The notes below the pieces were generated by a model. That model ran no database searches, was not told the origin of the DNA, and saw only the letters and a list, made by a program, of their open reading frames with translations. From contig MU004182.1 of assembly GCA_010093605.1 (NCBI GenBank), positions 2,403,195 to 2,467,194 on the forward strand: DNA of 64,000 bases, written 5' to 3'. This DNA is from Lophium mytilinum (Eukaryota). Numbering within the stretch: position 1 is the stretch's first letter; each line of letters opens with the position of its first letter. Below are positions 12,611-26,441 of the stretch, in pieces. The position numbers were made by a program, and so were the translations under genes.

Positions 12611-14087
12611 CTACCTAGGCCGCTCATAAGCCGGCAACTCAGCACCATACCCATACGCATGCGGATTTGGCAGCTCCTGCGCCCCATACCCACCATTCCC
12701 TCCCATCTCCGCCGGCCCTCCTTCTGGGCGCCCACCTCCATACGCCTGTGGCGGAGGCGGAACCGCGTATCCCGGCTGCGGGCTCTGTTGCCCCATGAAC
12801 TGCGGCGCGCTGTGTCGATTGTGCTCAGCGTAGTGCTTGTCCTGCGCCATTACCGGCACCGGCTGAGGCGGACCCGGCGGTTGAGCGGCCGCAGCGGTCC
12901 TCTTGCGGTGGCGGAGGAAAAGAATGAGTGCGATGGCGGCGAGGAGTGCGAGCGCTATGGCTCCAATTGCGATGCCGGCCTTTGCGCCTGTCGAGAGACC
13001 GCCCGAGGAGGACGCGCTAGGCGTTGGCGTCCCGGTGCCTGTGGAAGTGGCTTGGGCGGCGGTTCCTGTGGCGGTTGTATCAGAAGATTGTGCTGATTTG
13101 TCCTGGGAAGACGCTTTGGGGGTTGTACCTGTCGCGGCTTTCGATGTTTTGGAGGACCCTGCCGATGTGATGCTGGGCGTGTTCGTCTCCTGAGCCGATG
13201 TGGGCGCCGCGCTGCTCTGGTCGGGAGGAGTGGTTGTTTGTGCTGCCTGTGAGGCAGATGAGGCCTCTGCCGCTGATTTCGATGCCTCCGCGGCCGATGA
13301 TGCCGAGGCGGCGAGAGCAGCCGACTCTGATGCGGACGAAGCTTGTGCAATGGCTGAATTTTCCGCGGCTTGAGAAGCTGATTGAGCGGCGGCTTCCGAC
13401 TGCGAAGCAGCCGAACGAGATGCCGCAGCAACCGCGGCGATTGATGCTGAAGAAGCGGAGGCTGCAGCGGCGGCCGATGAAGACGATGCGGCGGCCACGT
13501 CGGATGCTTTCTCAATCAGAAAACCACGCGAAGGAACCTCCCGTTCGGTATTATCGTAGGGAGCATCCTGAGAACTGACAGTGGGTTTCAGGCGGTAGAC
13601 AAACTTGCCGCCATTAGCGTCGATTTCGTCGTCAGATAGATCAACGGCATATGCCCAAGATCCACCGTTGCCAGAGTATACACTCGCTGTCGGAATCGCA
13701 TTAGCAAGAAGAGCGCATGACGATGATCCAGTTCGAGACACAAAGAGGGGAATGCTTACCAGCTAGACAGTGCGTATAGCTGGTGTCGGTGAAAGAAGTA
13801 AGCCATAAGGATATGTCGCCATTGCTATCAAGAAGCGGCTCTCCGTCGATTGTGGGCTGGTAGGTATCTAGAGCGAGGTCAACTACAAGGTTGGGTCAAT
13901 TTACAGGATAAAGTGACGTACCATTCACGAGCCAAACAAAATTGAAGACAGTGCCTTGTTCGATGGTGTTGTAACTATCGAAGTCGTCTACATCTGGGTA
14001 CGGTATGGAAAATCCGTACTGTGCTGCGGCGTTCCAGTAGCAGCCAATGGTCCATATCAGCAATAACCGAATGACTGAATGCGCCAT
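12611..14087 (-). CDS. Single-pass cell-surface protein (Mid2/Wsc-like architecture)
   Basis: Signal peptide (MAHSVIRLLLIW...), long Ser/Ala/Thr-rich stalk, TM helix GLSTGAKAGIAIGAIALALLAAIALILFL followed by RHRKR, and a Pro/Gln-rich tail with AELP-type motifs. Two introns near the 5' end. Confidence 0.8.
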
Positions 14088-15205
14088 CGTTCCAAGGGAG
14101 GAGAAGACGCTTCGAAGAGCTTGAAAAGAGCAGAAAACTTGAAGGAGGCTGGAAAAACTGAACAGTGGAACGCGAGCTACCCATGAACCTGGGGAGATAA
14201 GGTGGACGATGCAGGTAACGCCACGAAAACGCCAAACTCGCTGCTGAACACCAAAATAGTGCAAGGCTGCTGCGAAGAAGCATTAGGCCGATGGTAAGTA
14301 GGCAGCTTTTGCTGAAATCCAAGTCTAGTGGTCGTAAAAAGCAGCCGTGGCGTCTACGTGTGCGGGGTTGGCACGACGTGGTAGGAAAAGAGGTGCATGA
14401 GGCATGCAGGCGGCATCTTGGGGGCCAAAGAGCGACAGTAATTGAGCTTGTTCTGGGCATGAGAGCCTCAGAACCCGGAGCTATCAGGCTCGGCACCAGC
14501 TTCCAGACCTTCAGCCTCGCCGGCCCGACCTGCTGGCATGGCCAAACGCAGCACAACCGGTCTAGGGGAGTAGAAGTTTGAGTCGAATCATTGGTGGAGA
14601 CCGGGGCTCTTCGGAATCACAATTGTTGTTTCCGTTCTGAGGCTGCGACTCCGATGCGAAGTGGTGCATTCATCACACTTTGCGGTTCCGAAACGGCGTC
14701 TGAGGCTCTTAACCAAAGCTCCATAGAGAAGATCTGGATAGAAGCTTGTTGCTTATGTAGAGAGATGCGTGAGGAAGAGGCGGGGGAACACCATGAGTTG
14801 GGCTTAGACGCTCGGACCAGGTGGTTTAGGCATCCAGGACCAAGACAAAATCGGACGCTTGCAAGATCACGTGACTATGACCACGCACTTCTTGGACTGG
14901 GTTTACATAGAGGGCTCCGCTGGGCCAAATTGGGCTGATATCATGACAAACGATCAATAGCATATTCCGCGCTCCAAGGTCACGTCGAACTTTATTTGCT
15001 TGTGAGACAGCGTCGCATCGACCAATTTAGCTCTTCCAAGGAACTCCAGCGGCCCTGATGCGCCGCATTGAGTTCTCCTATCTCGCTCTGTGGTAAATAA
15101 TACATAGTTCAATGGATATAATAACTGAAACTAAACGCAGTAATAAGTATATCACATAACCACACTATATTATATACAAGCTCCAAAAGTGCTAAAAGTA
15201 CCCAC

Positions 15206-17818
15206 CTACTCAGAATAAGGCGGCAACTCCTCCATCTGCTCAAACTCAGACATCGTGATTTGGTAGCCCAGATGCCGTTTGAGCAGCTCGTGAGTAACGA
15301 AGCGCTCCGGAGTATTCCCCTGCGCATCGACAAACGACACGTGGTGGTTGACGTCGCTGATGCGTTGTAACTCGTTCGCATGCCGATGGTGATGGGGACA
15401 TCCATCGACCCCAATTAGGAAAATGGTGACGTGAGCCCAAGAAAGCCCGAGCAAGTCCAGTTCGAACTCGTCCATGTCTGTTGCCTCGCCATCTAGCAGG
15501 AGCAGCAACCTCAGCATGGGAGTCTCTGGGCCAGCCTGCCATCCGTAGATAGGGTGGTGGATGGCGGACGCGGAGTGCTTCTGGAAATGGAGCTCTTTGA
15601 CTTTCTGCCAGCCGGTCATGACGCGGGTTCCTCCGCCGAGCCTGACGTTTCTCCACATGTGATCCAGGTTCCGATGATTGATCGTGCCGATGTAACTAGC
15701 CTGGTTGGAAAAGGTTGTCAGATCGTAACCTCGGAACTCGTGGTCGTGGTTGGCCATCGCATCGGTGAAGCGACGAATGATGGCTTTGGCGACGTCTGGA
15801 TATCGAATTAGTACGCGACATAATGGGATCAAGATCGCAAGATTCACCTTTGTTCTTTGGCTGAGTCGAGGGAGTATAACCAGTGATCAGGTACTGATTG
15901 TAGACTGGCCGCACAGGGTCAAAGTCCATGGAGCCGGAGACGTCCAGGAGGATCATAGTGTCGTCGGTGGGCACTTCTGGCCGATCGTAGGCGACGAAAG
16001 GCGCGGGCATGACCTGTTTCGAGTAGCCGTCTGACGTATGCTGTAGATGACATGTGTCGTTGGCAGCAAAGTACTCCGGAGGTGGCTCTACCGCTGAAGC
16101 CATCCTGGCACGAGCCATGTTCATCTCCGAAATGAAGTCCGGCTTCATTCTCATCCCGACACTCCCTTCTCTGTGGTTCAAGACCCAATACAAGCGTTCC
16201 TCTGCAGTATCCTCGTATCCTCTCCAGGCGGGAGTGATTCCTCTCCATCCAGCTGAAGCTTCGATGCTGAACTTCAAGGGATTCGACGCGAGATTGGCCC
16301 AGGCTACTGGAATAGGCTCGAAGTATCCAGCACGGAGTAGGTGTAGATATTGGATAGGGTGTCGTACTCGAAGATCGCCTATCTTCTGCGTCATGCCGAC
16401 CTTTTCCTGGTAGCTGGTCACGAGTTGGCGCCACTGCTCGTCTGGCCATCTACCGTTCTCCTCGGCTAGGATCTCATTGCGCAACGCAACGCCCTGTGCA
16501 ACGGTCTTTCCAGCATTTGATGCTGCCTTCTCCTCGGATGTTTTGAGACCAACAGACTTCCTAAAGTTCGCCAGCTTGGATTTCTTTGGTTGCTTCTCTG
16601 TCCCGCCATCGCCAGGAGCAGCACTAACGCTCTGCCGTTTCTCTGAAGTTGGCTTCTCTGGTGGCAGCTTCTCAATCGGCCGCTTTTTGTCGCCAGACCC
16701 AGCAATTGCCACGTCAGACATTATTGTGCTTAGCCCGCTTTCATCCCAAATATCGATCTTTGGCTCCTTCGCATCGATCTTTCTTTGGGCTTCAGCGTTT
16801 AGTTTGTTGTTGAGATCAATGGTCTGGTGGATTGACTGTGCGTGATATTCTGGGCGGGGCCTCTGAATACCCCAGGCGGACTGGAACCTGCCGTAAGGTG
16901 ATATGACGGTGTACGTGTACGGATTACCACTAAACATGCCGTACATGCCCTGCGACATAGCGTTGTCATTGTAAGACTTCTCTCCTACTCAGACACGACA
17001 GAGTGCGTTAGCTAGCTGCGACGCCGAATCCGGCTTACGGAGATGCTGACCTGGATACATGACCGCTTGCGACCAAAATTCTTGGACTCTGTACCGGTTG
17101 TACTTCATTCTCTGATATTGGTGGATAGGACAGCTGCAGTATCCGTCAAACTCGTGTTCGGGCTCAATCTCGCTATTATAGATCTGATATTTGAATTGAA
17201 GATTCTGCAGCGCGTTTTGCATCACTTGCTGTGAGGGGTTAGATCAACACGAAAGTTATGAACCTCGAGCACGAGAGCATGATCAAGAGCAAGATTAGGG
17301 CGCACCTCATCTTTTGCGCGGATATGCGCAGCTTCAATGACTTTGTTGGTATGAGGTCGACGAAGCGCATTGCTTGCACTTGTCGTGGGCGGTGGATACG
17401 CCGGTGGCGCAAAGGCTGGCGCTTGACCATTACTGTTTCCAGTCCCTCCTGGTGCACCTTTGCTGTCACTAGAAGGCTGGGAGGCTTTGCTTGCCATTGC
17501 CGAGGGTGGAGGATACGCTGGTGGATCGTAGGCTGGTGGATGGCCATTACTACCATCAAGCCTCTTTTCTGACGTCTTGTCATCAGCCTTGCTATCATTC
17601 ATTTTTGTAGACATTGCATTGGCTGGCGCCCAACGCTGCGTCGTGAAAGAGGTGATGAAGTCAAGAGCTTCTAGCGAGTCGCCGAGTAGGTTCCTTAAGT
17701 GTTCAGCAGCTTCAGCATCAGAAAGTGTCTCGGTGTATGTAATGATTTGCTTGAGTGAGTCTTCGTCAAGAGGGAGGAGTTTGGACAATTCAGAAAGCGG
17801 CTGTTGCTGTGAAGTCAT
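15206..17818 (-). CDS. Uncharacterised protein: Rqt4/TRIP4-like N-terminal helical domain, PY motifs, C-terminal VWA-like domain
   Basis: ATG at 17818. ORFs 17222-17938, 16989-17225, 15696-16958 and 15206-15847 join via three GT-AG introns. MIDAS-like ILLDVSGSM ... LLLDGE ... IFLIGV. Confidence 0.75.
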
Positions 17819-19001
17819 TATGTCATGAGCGAGTCTACGGTGGCGGCTCAGGAACGTAAGCGCGAACGCCGGCCAGAGGGCAATATATACGGAGTACAGA
17901 AGCCTCCGCCACAAAGCTGCGCAGCCGCTTGTGATCAAGCCGAGATTTCCGGAGTAGCGTAGGCGTGGTTAGAGTTGCGCTGAGTAGAGATGGACCTGGC
18001 TGGAGTTGTATGCGCTTGGAGAAGAGACCTCAATAACATCTAGTTTGGCGATCGCGGGGTCGGGCAGGCATGCTGACGTCGCGCCGAACACGCGTCGCGG
18101 CCCTTGCTCCCTTTGGCGTTTCCATGTGGAATCTGGTATCTGTCACCAGCTCAATTAGGCTAGCTAAGCTCTCATGAGAAGCTTCTAAGCCTCGGTGAGT
18201 TTGTCAAATACCGAGATACTTAATGGCTGGCCCTTTCATCTAGTCTATCTCTTACTTCTATCATCAGACGCCTTTCCTGAGTGTACTAGGTATGGAACGC
18301 AGCTCGTCATTATGTAGGCAGCGATAAAAACGCTCGAGAATGAAAAAGGAAGGAGGAAAAGAAAGAGGAGGCTGGTCATCAGTTTTAAATTTAAATTTCC
18401 GTATTTACCGTGCTTTGGACTAACTTGTTTTATAATGGACCAGCTCGGCCCATCGTGTCTGGGTTTTACCCCACAGCCTCATTCTTCCTCATACCTTTCT
18501 TGCCGATCCTCAATTCCATCGTCTCCTAGTTGTACGGGCTGGAGTTATTCCGTCTCATTCTTAGCATCTGGATTGTCCAACGATGGTGAATAAGTAAAGG
18601 CTGTAGACAATGTTTGAGACCATTCATGAGAGGGGGCCATCGGAAGTAAGAGGAAACCTCAGGATGAGGGGCTTAAAAAGAGTGGAATGTGCTCGGACCA
18701 CGCCCAGGAAACGCCAAGATCAAAGTTGAGCTTTCATAATTCCTGTCTGCTTACTACCTCTTTAGCTTCTTCAACCCTACTCTCACACTAGCAAACTCCA
18801 CTGCCCAAATCTGCATTCAAGTATCTTGCACGACTACCTCAGAACCGTCTTCCTCGCATCCAGTTCTAACGCGACATCTTCAACGAACTCTGAAGGGCTC
18901 CCTAGGTAAGACCTGTTCAGACACGTGACTGTCACATGAGGGCTGCGCTACACGTTTCTCATTTGCTTTGAAAGACTGTCTATTTCTAAGGTTCGTCTTT
19001 G

Positions 19002-20680
19002 TTATAGCCGTGCGCGCTCTACGTATGCATCGGCCTTTGAAGGTTGTTCGCCCTGTTTTACTGCCTTTGCCCCTTCGAGTTGCTTTTGAACAAGCGCAGC
19101 ACCCTCTTTCCAGTTATTGATCCGGTTCTGCATCGTATTTTCCGCAATCGCTAGCCACGCTGGGTCCCATTTCAGCAACCGTCTTCCTGGCACACCAGGC
19201 GCGGGCTCTCCAGCCAACTCTCGAAGAGCCTCGAAATACTCCGCAAAGTCTGGAGCCACCTTGAAGAAGGGTTGTCCATCCCCTCGCTTCCTGAGCCGGT
19301 CTGCCTCCCACTCTTTCTGGGCTTCCTTTGAGGGTAGTTGCGTACGCCCAGCCAGATACCGTGCTACGACAACGGCTTGCCATTCAAAGACCAGAAAGGT
19401 GAACCCTGCCGAGACCTACGTTCTATTAGCCTGAATATCCCGGAAATGGAACAGTTCGAACTCACTCCTCCCACAAAACTTAAAGTCGGGTCATTCTGCA
19501 TGAAGATGTGCTCGTATGTCCCCAGAATCCTGCGGTTCGCAATCTTCACCGATGGAAGGAAAGGCAAGCTGAAGTCGTAACCAGTGCCAAAGATGATGTG
19601 ATCCACGTTATCGACCTGGGTGCCATCTGAGAAATACACCGTTCGGCTGTTTGGTGACGTCGAAACATGCGATATGGTAGGCTTCAGTGCTATCTGAGGA
19701 TGCTCGAATGGAACCACGCCGTAGACACGATGTGGCTCTCGTATCGATGCGTACAGCGGAGTCTTTGCCACGCTCGCAACCTGCCTAGCGATATCCGTTG
19801 CGGATACTGAGGCTCCAATGGTGACGACGGTCTAGTTAGACTGGGATCAGTAAGTTCTTTTGTAAGAATCGCTCGATCTTACCTTGCCACGATACGCTTC
19901 CGGCCCACGGTAGATCTTGCTATGCTGTACTACACCAGGATGGTTTTCACTGAACTCCGTGAGTCCCTTCACCTCCGAGAATCTGGGGACACTATAATGC
20001 CCGCTCGCAACTACTAGCGCATCAAAAGTCTCTTGCCACCAGTAGTTGTGCTTCCCGCCTGGCAATGCTTTTCTCAGAGTCAATACCCATTCCTTCCCAA
20101 TCTTCTCCGCCTTTTCCACCGACGTGTTGTACTCCACTTGTTGGCGGTATCCATTCCGATCAATCAGGCTCTCGACCCAAGAACGGATGATCTCGCTTTT
20201 ATGAAATGCAGCGTCAGGATCAATCACTCCGTTTGCGTCTGGCTCCTGATTCTTCGGAAATTTCTCCTTCGAGAACGCCATTATTCGACCATCGATATTG
20301 CTGATCATCCCAGGATACACCGGAGTGTACGTGTAACGATATTCCCTTCCATTGACCTTCTCATTCTGCGTAGTAAGAGTCGGGAAGGTATCAGGCACCG
20401 GAATGGGCTGGTCGGCCGTTTGCTCAATGAGTGCTCGAAGTGACGGGATCCGGGGCTGGTTATTTTTGTCCTCGATCCTAGATTCGGGTGATTAGAATTG
20501 ACCCTGGAAGTTATTCAGAACCGTTGTTCTGGCCTGTTCTCACCATATTCCGCCAGCTTTCTCTCGTCGCTCGAACACGCGAATTACGTCGAATGTCTTC
20601 TCTTCGGTCAATGCGTCGATGGTGATTGCACCAGCCGGACCCGCGCCAATGACCGCTACTCTTTTTATATTCGAAGCCAT
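19002..20680 (-). CDS. Flavin-containing monooxygenase (class B FMO, thiol-specific/Fmo1-like)
   Basis: N-terminal VAVIGAGPAG (FAD site), FDALVVASGHY, the FMO signature remnant HSKIYR, second Rossmann VVTIGASVSA, and IIFGTGY. Three introns. Confidence 0.88.
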
Positions 20681-21370
20681 CTTTACTGCAATCTAACGTG
20701 AAAATACGAAAGTGAAGAAAGTTGATAGGCGCAAACCCAAGGTATAAGGTAAATCACGACCACGTTGTCAAGCGCCGCTCAAGCTATTCCCAAGAATCAA
20801 GAACGCCGGTACCGCTTCAAACTTTAGCAAGGCTGAAGCTAGCACTTCCGGCGGGAAAGCCGCAACCAGATTGAGGGTCTTAACTAAAAAGTAGTCCGTC
20901 CACTACGCGATTCAGACCGAAGTTAGCGAATATCAAGCATTACTGGGGTGCTATGGCGAATATTACTATGGGCCAGCGTTAGCGTCGAGAGTAAGCGATC
21001 TGCAGACGACTAGGCCCGTTACGACGAGCACGCCATGGTGCTATTCGGGCATGTCGCGAATGGAGCAGCTAACCAAGACCTCGGATTCTTGTTATCTCGG
21101 GACACTTTCCCGAAGGCTGCGAGTGGAGAAAAAATCTGTGAACTTCGTGGTGGGCCTGTCTCGCCCAAAGACGGGCCTTACGACTGCTTTTTGTTTTCCA
21201 CAGACTCAGCATAACAAGTGGCCGCAAACATGTTACATAGTTGCTCGAATTTGAGTAGCCATTCCTTACGTAGCTAACGACTCTACGAATGTAACTTCAA
21301 CGTGTCTTTTCTCCCTTTTCCTACAACTCACGGCCTCCCAATTATATGAGCGCTCAACAACGCCCCTCGT

Positions 21371-23868
21371 TTAGGCCTCCAGGACTCGGGACTTAACATC
21401 AACCTTCTTATCTGGCCCATGGACGTTCTCAAGACTGTCCTCAGCACTAACAGGCCCAGCCGTAACGGCAGTAGGGAAACTTTCAATTCCACGCTTCTGC
21501 TTGGAATGGAGAATATAGGCCAACGTGGAGGCGCAGATGATTTGCACAATCCAGAACCCGGCGGCGGTGAAGTTACCAGATCGGACGGCGGGCTGATCAA
21601 CAGTCTGGAAAACGGCGAGGGGACTGTGGAATCGTGATTAGTGAATGGGTACGACGAGTTTTGCAAAGCACTTACATTGTGGCAGCGAATACCTGCGACC
21701 AGACTTGAAGTCCGGCGCCTGCGAAAGCACGAGTCGCGGGATCTCCAGACAAGATCTCGTTGGTCCACGCCCAGAACATGCTAGTCGAGATTAGAGGGGT
21801 TCAACGACGTCAAGGAAGGACATACCAATTCGAGGCCTCTCCCCAACCGGTTTGGTAGTACAAGAACCATCGGAAAGCTTTGTTCTTAGGGAAGACGGGG
21901 GTGGTGGCAAGAAGGATGCAGACTATGAAATTGACGGTGGCTCCCAAGATGAGCATAGGCCATCGACGACCTTTGAAGATGGTGTCACCTAGGAAGGTCC
22001 GTTAGTAAATATTTTGGACTACAACGTGAACGCTTTTGACTTACTCGCCCAAGCCATCAGGGTCGTGACCGTTATGGTGACCGCGTAAAGAGGCGTCGTA
22101 TAGTTGTCTAGACTTTATCAGAAAAGCTCGTAAAAACCTCCGGCGAAGACATACTAATCTGCGGAACGGTATAAGACCCTTTCTTTATCTTATTCCAAGC
22201 TTTGAACCAGAAAGCCATCGACTGATTTGGCAGGTATCCGATGTTTTGAGAACTATAAATATTTAGTGCCAGATGAGAGCTATGGAACAGGAAATACACA
22301 CGCAGCGATCAACCATAGGATCCAGATTTCGGGAGTGGTGAACCATCGTTTGACCTATGTTGATGAGCTTCTGCACGGAGAGATAATGGGCTCTTTTCCA
22401 ATATACCTGAACAAGAGTGAACGCTCCTTGTCTGACGCGACCTTCTTTGGGCTGTCGATCTCTCGCCAATTCGATTTCCTGGGGGTTCATGAGCTGCGTA
22501 TAATCAAGAGGAGGGCTGTGGTCATACCGGTGCAGAGAACATGAAATTCGGCTTCAAACGCGAGGGTATGTCGGGGAGCAAGAAGAGTTGCGGGACGATG
22601 ACACCAAGGGATATAACACCGTCGATGATGAAGAGCTGCCAAATAATTAGCCTCAAGGATGTGGCTGTGTTGCAATCTCTAACTTACCCATTGCCAGCCA
22701 GCTAACCCATGAACACCGTTCAGTCCCTTATATGCTGCAGCTTGCAGGTACGCGCTGAACATGGGACCCGCTTGCGCTGCCATGTTGACAATAGCCAGTC
22801 GCTATTTGATAATCAGTATCGGATTTTTTTGGGTTCCTTCACAGAGACTTACTCGAGCTAGTTCTCCTTTTTGGTACCAAGATCCACAGAGAAACATGAC
22901 TATTCTAGAGTCAGCTCGGAGTTCTAGACTGCCAGAACTGGCTATACTAACTAGCTGAATAGTGGCCTCTGCAGGGATCTCATTAGTATCCAAAAACGGC
23001 AAGACTTAGGCTTGAGAACTTACGTTTCAAACACTGCAAGAAGCGCCCGCAAGACATACATCTGAGTTGGCGATCTCATTTGCGACTGGCCAAAGGTGCT
23101 GTGGCGAGGTCAGCCCTATTCAATGCAGTTCTTCACGATAAGTGGAAACTCACCATATCGTCCATCCAACCTCGAGAAACGGGATGAAGTATTTGGGATT
23201 TGTCCGAGTGAGTAGTAAGTTTGTTGGGACGAGGGCAAGAATCTAAGTAATGTTAGCAGCCAATAATTAGAACTCGTATCTGTGAGACTTACCGAAGCGA
23301 CGCTGTAAGAAGTCTGTATTTACAATTAGCTTCGATTCCTAACAGGGATTTGCGAACTTGCGTTTGCATAATTAAGTTGCTAGGAAGACAAGGTCAGCGA
23401 GATTCGACATTTTGTTTGAGAGACTAACATTTCCAAAAAGATTGAGGTCTTCTTTCATTCCAGAGACAAAAGCCGTGTTCAAGTTGGCTCTGCACCAGGT
23501 CAATGGTAGCTCCGCGAATCGATTCTCAGTGGGTATTACCTATCGAGGAACTTGATGAAAGTTCCCAGACATCCGAACGTTACCAGCGTGATATCGACCT
23601 AGAACCGCCTTTAGTAAGAGAAAGTCTAGACATTAGGTAGAAGACCGACTTTGAAAAGCAATCGACGCTCCTAGTAAAATTAGCATTTGTTCCAACGTCC
23701 ATTGCTCAGCGTATCTATTACCTCTGGACTTTTATCCCAAGTATCCCATAGATAGCTCCTCCAGGTTCTGATCTTCGCAGAGACATCGACTCCGTCTTCA
23801 ACTCCGATTGGTTTAACATGATCTATGTCCAGCCGAGGGACGTTCTCTGCCAATTGAGGAAGCGCCAT
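21371..23868 (-). CDS. MFS transporter, allantoate-permease (Dal5/Seo1/Liz1) family; highly intron-rich
   Basis: Spliced translation gives [67 protein letters not shown] and WAWTNEI. Stop TAA at 21371-21373. At least 13 short introns. Confidence 0.85.
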
Positions 23869-24797
23869 TTCAGATGTAGTCCGGAAAGAACTCAGAAGGA
23901 CTTTCGAAGTGAAGCCCTGGAACGAGACTCAGCTCATTATCAAATCGCAAGATTCCAACGCTAGCGATCAGCAAGAACATGTCCAAATGAGGTGCGAGGC
24001 TGTCTAACTCGTCCTGCTATAGGCTCCGTCAATGGTGTGTGGCGGTGACCAACGCGCTTGATTCAAGATGATCAGCTTTAACTATGGCGACACATGCCCT
24101 TGAGATGGCAGAATCCCCAAGAGTCCGAATCCCACGCTTTACGGGGCTTCGTCGGCGGACCTGTGTTTCTACCCGATTTCCTGCGAATCGGGTCATTATT
24201 TTCTTATCTTATCATTCTTGGTAGACGCCCGAGTCAAGCCTTTTGCCCTAATCTGCGACACCTGACGGCGTTGTATAAGAAGTGGAGTGCTAGTCGTATT
24301 TTAGGATGACAGATGCATAAGCGAATATCACGTTTATCACCCCTGCTGGCACGTATTTTGTGGAGAACGTCTCCCGATTGACGGTAGCGAAAACGAGCCA
24401 CGATGCGGGGGCAGGACGACCACTAGCAGGAAGCCGAAAGGCATTAACTACCTTACTAGCACCATGTATATTAATGGATACACTGGTTCCACGATCGGGA
24501 AAGGCGGTTAACTCCGATCTCGAGTCAGCAATAGAATCCACCAATCGCGGGGCCCATACGACAGCAGAGAACCTACGACTCTGGCTTGGCTTGCACTCAG
24601 CATATCGCTCAGTCTTCAGCCCACTCTTGAACGGAGTGGAGACTTGCGGAGATACCGCGAGTTGTAGAAAGTTGGCCTCCGATCTCGCAACGAGCAAAGA
24701 ATTTGTGGAAGGCCCTGCTCCGTGGCGGGCATATTCTCTTTGCTTGCAAGGCTTCTATTTGCGAACATCTCTTCCTCTGAGGTCTATAGCGACGACC

Positions 24798-26441
24798 ATG
24801 GCTCAAGCGATCTCGAACAGCAATGCGCCAATTCGCAGCACTCACGCGAAATCGAAAGCAGTGAAAGAGGCACCAAGAGTTCCCTTAAAATACTCGGGAT
24901 CGTTGGATCGCTTCAAGTCTTTTGACATCACTCCAATCATTGGGAGGGAGTTTCAAGATGTGCAGTTGAGTTCCCTGCTTTCTGATGATAGAAAGCTTCG
25001 CGATTTGGCAATTCTTGGTACGCTTCATTAAGATCACTTTGAATTAAGAACCAAATAGTCTGAGAAAGTCTAACGACAAAGGGCAGTTTCTCAACGCGGC
25101 GTGGTGTTCTTTCGCGACCAAGATTTAGAGATTGACCAGCAAAAGGTTCTTGGTGAGAAACTGGGAAGACTTTCGGGAAAGCCAGAAACCTCAAAGGTCC
25201 GCTACGCTCCTCCTCGGAGACCTGAAGGCTTAAGATCACTGACCGGCTGGTTCGCAGTTGCATCGCCATGCTATGACGGATAAGAAAGCGAAACGAGTTG
25301 TCGATGGGGAACCGAAACCTGAAGAGGAGGTCATGGTCATTTCATCGGAGGTCAGCCACCCCAATATTGGCCACAAACCCATACGGAACCACTCGATTTT
25401 AATCGAACATCTCTAGAACGCCAAACTAGCCCATCAGGGACATAAGTCAACGTTGAAACCGCTAGCAAGCACTCTGTGGCACTCCGAGTACGTATACACA
25501 ATCATACACACTAAGTAACAAGCTAACGCCACGTATTCTAGCATCACCTTCGAGCATGTTCCATCAGATTACGCAGTGTTGAAAATGACAGTAGTTCCGG
25601 AGACGGGTGGCGACACGATCTGGGCATCTGGCTATGAGGCATATGATCGTTTGTCGCCGGCGTGGAAACGTTTCGCGGAAAGCTTGACCGCGACACATCA
25701 CAATGTCAGTTTACCTACTTCGTTCCCCAGCCATTTCAACGCTGACACTGCGTTCATAGGCCACCTTGAAGAAGGCAGCTAAGGAAGGAGGCGGAGACTT
25801 GATTTCGGGCGATCGAGGCTCACCGGACAACGGAGGTCTTGACTTTGAAGCTTCACAGTAAGCTCGCCAAATGCTTGCGATCGAACAATACTAACATGTC
25901 AAGCCCTGTGGTTCGAACTAACCCAGTGACTGGGTAAGAGAACTGCCTTCACATTTGTAGTCTTCGCTAATCCCTTGCAGGTGGAAGAGTCTCATGGCTG
26001 CTGGCCACCAGGTGCACGATGGACGATTCAATAACGTAACGCCACGCGAAGACGAGATCCTAAAGTCTTACTGTATGAGTTTCTCAAGCTTCTGAACACT
26101 GAAGCTCAATCTCTAACTTCCGCTTAAAACAGTCCTTCAGCTCATTGCAGAGAACCACGATCTTCAAGTACGATTCAAATGGCGAACGAACGATATTGCG
26201 ATTTGGGACAAGTGTGTATTATCCCTCCTCGCCAAAGAGTATAAACTGACATTCAACCAGTCGATCCTGCTTCCATACAGCAACCTTGTAAGTAACATGG
26301 CCAAAGAGACTATCGTTAATCTAACATTCTGGCAGTGACTACGACGCGAATCGTTCTGGGAACCGTATCGTTTCGATTGGGGAGAAGCCGTACTTGGACC
26401 CGAAGTCGACAGGCCGACGTTTCGCGCTTGCTAAGCTATAG
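24798..26441 (+). CDS. TauD/JLP1-family alpha-ketoglutarate-dependent sulfonate dioxygenase (copy 1, 10 introns)
   Basis: DITPIIGREF, VSQRGVVFFRDQ, spliced WHSDITFE (HxD), GGDTIWASGYEAYD, HPVVRTNPVTGWKS, IWDNRSCFHTAT and GEKPYLDP. Confidence 0.88.

Noticed and set aside
21328..21768. 146-aa minus-strand ORF
   Set aside because: Alternative frame over the last MFS exons. The transporter frame ends at 21371.
24360..24797. 146-codon in-frame extension upstream of TauD1
   Set aside because: It starts at GTG and has no domain signal. The ATG at 24798 has good context (ACCATGG) and gives the normal family length.
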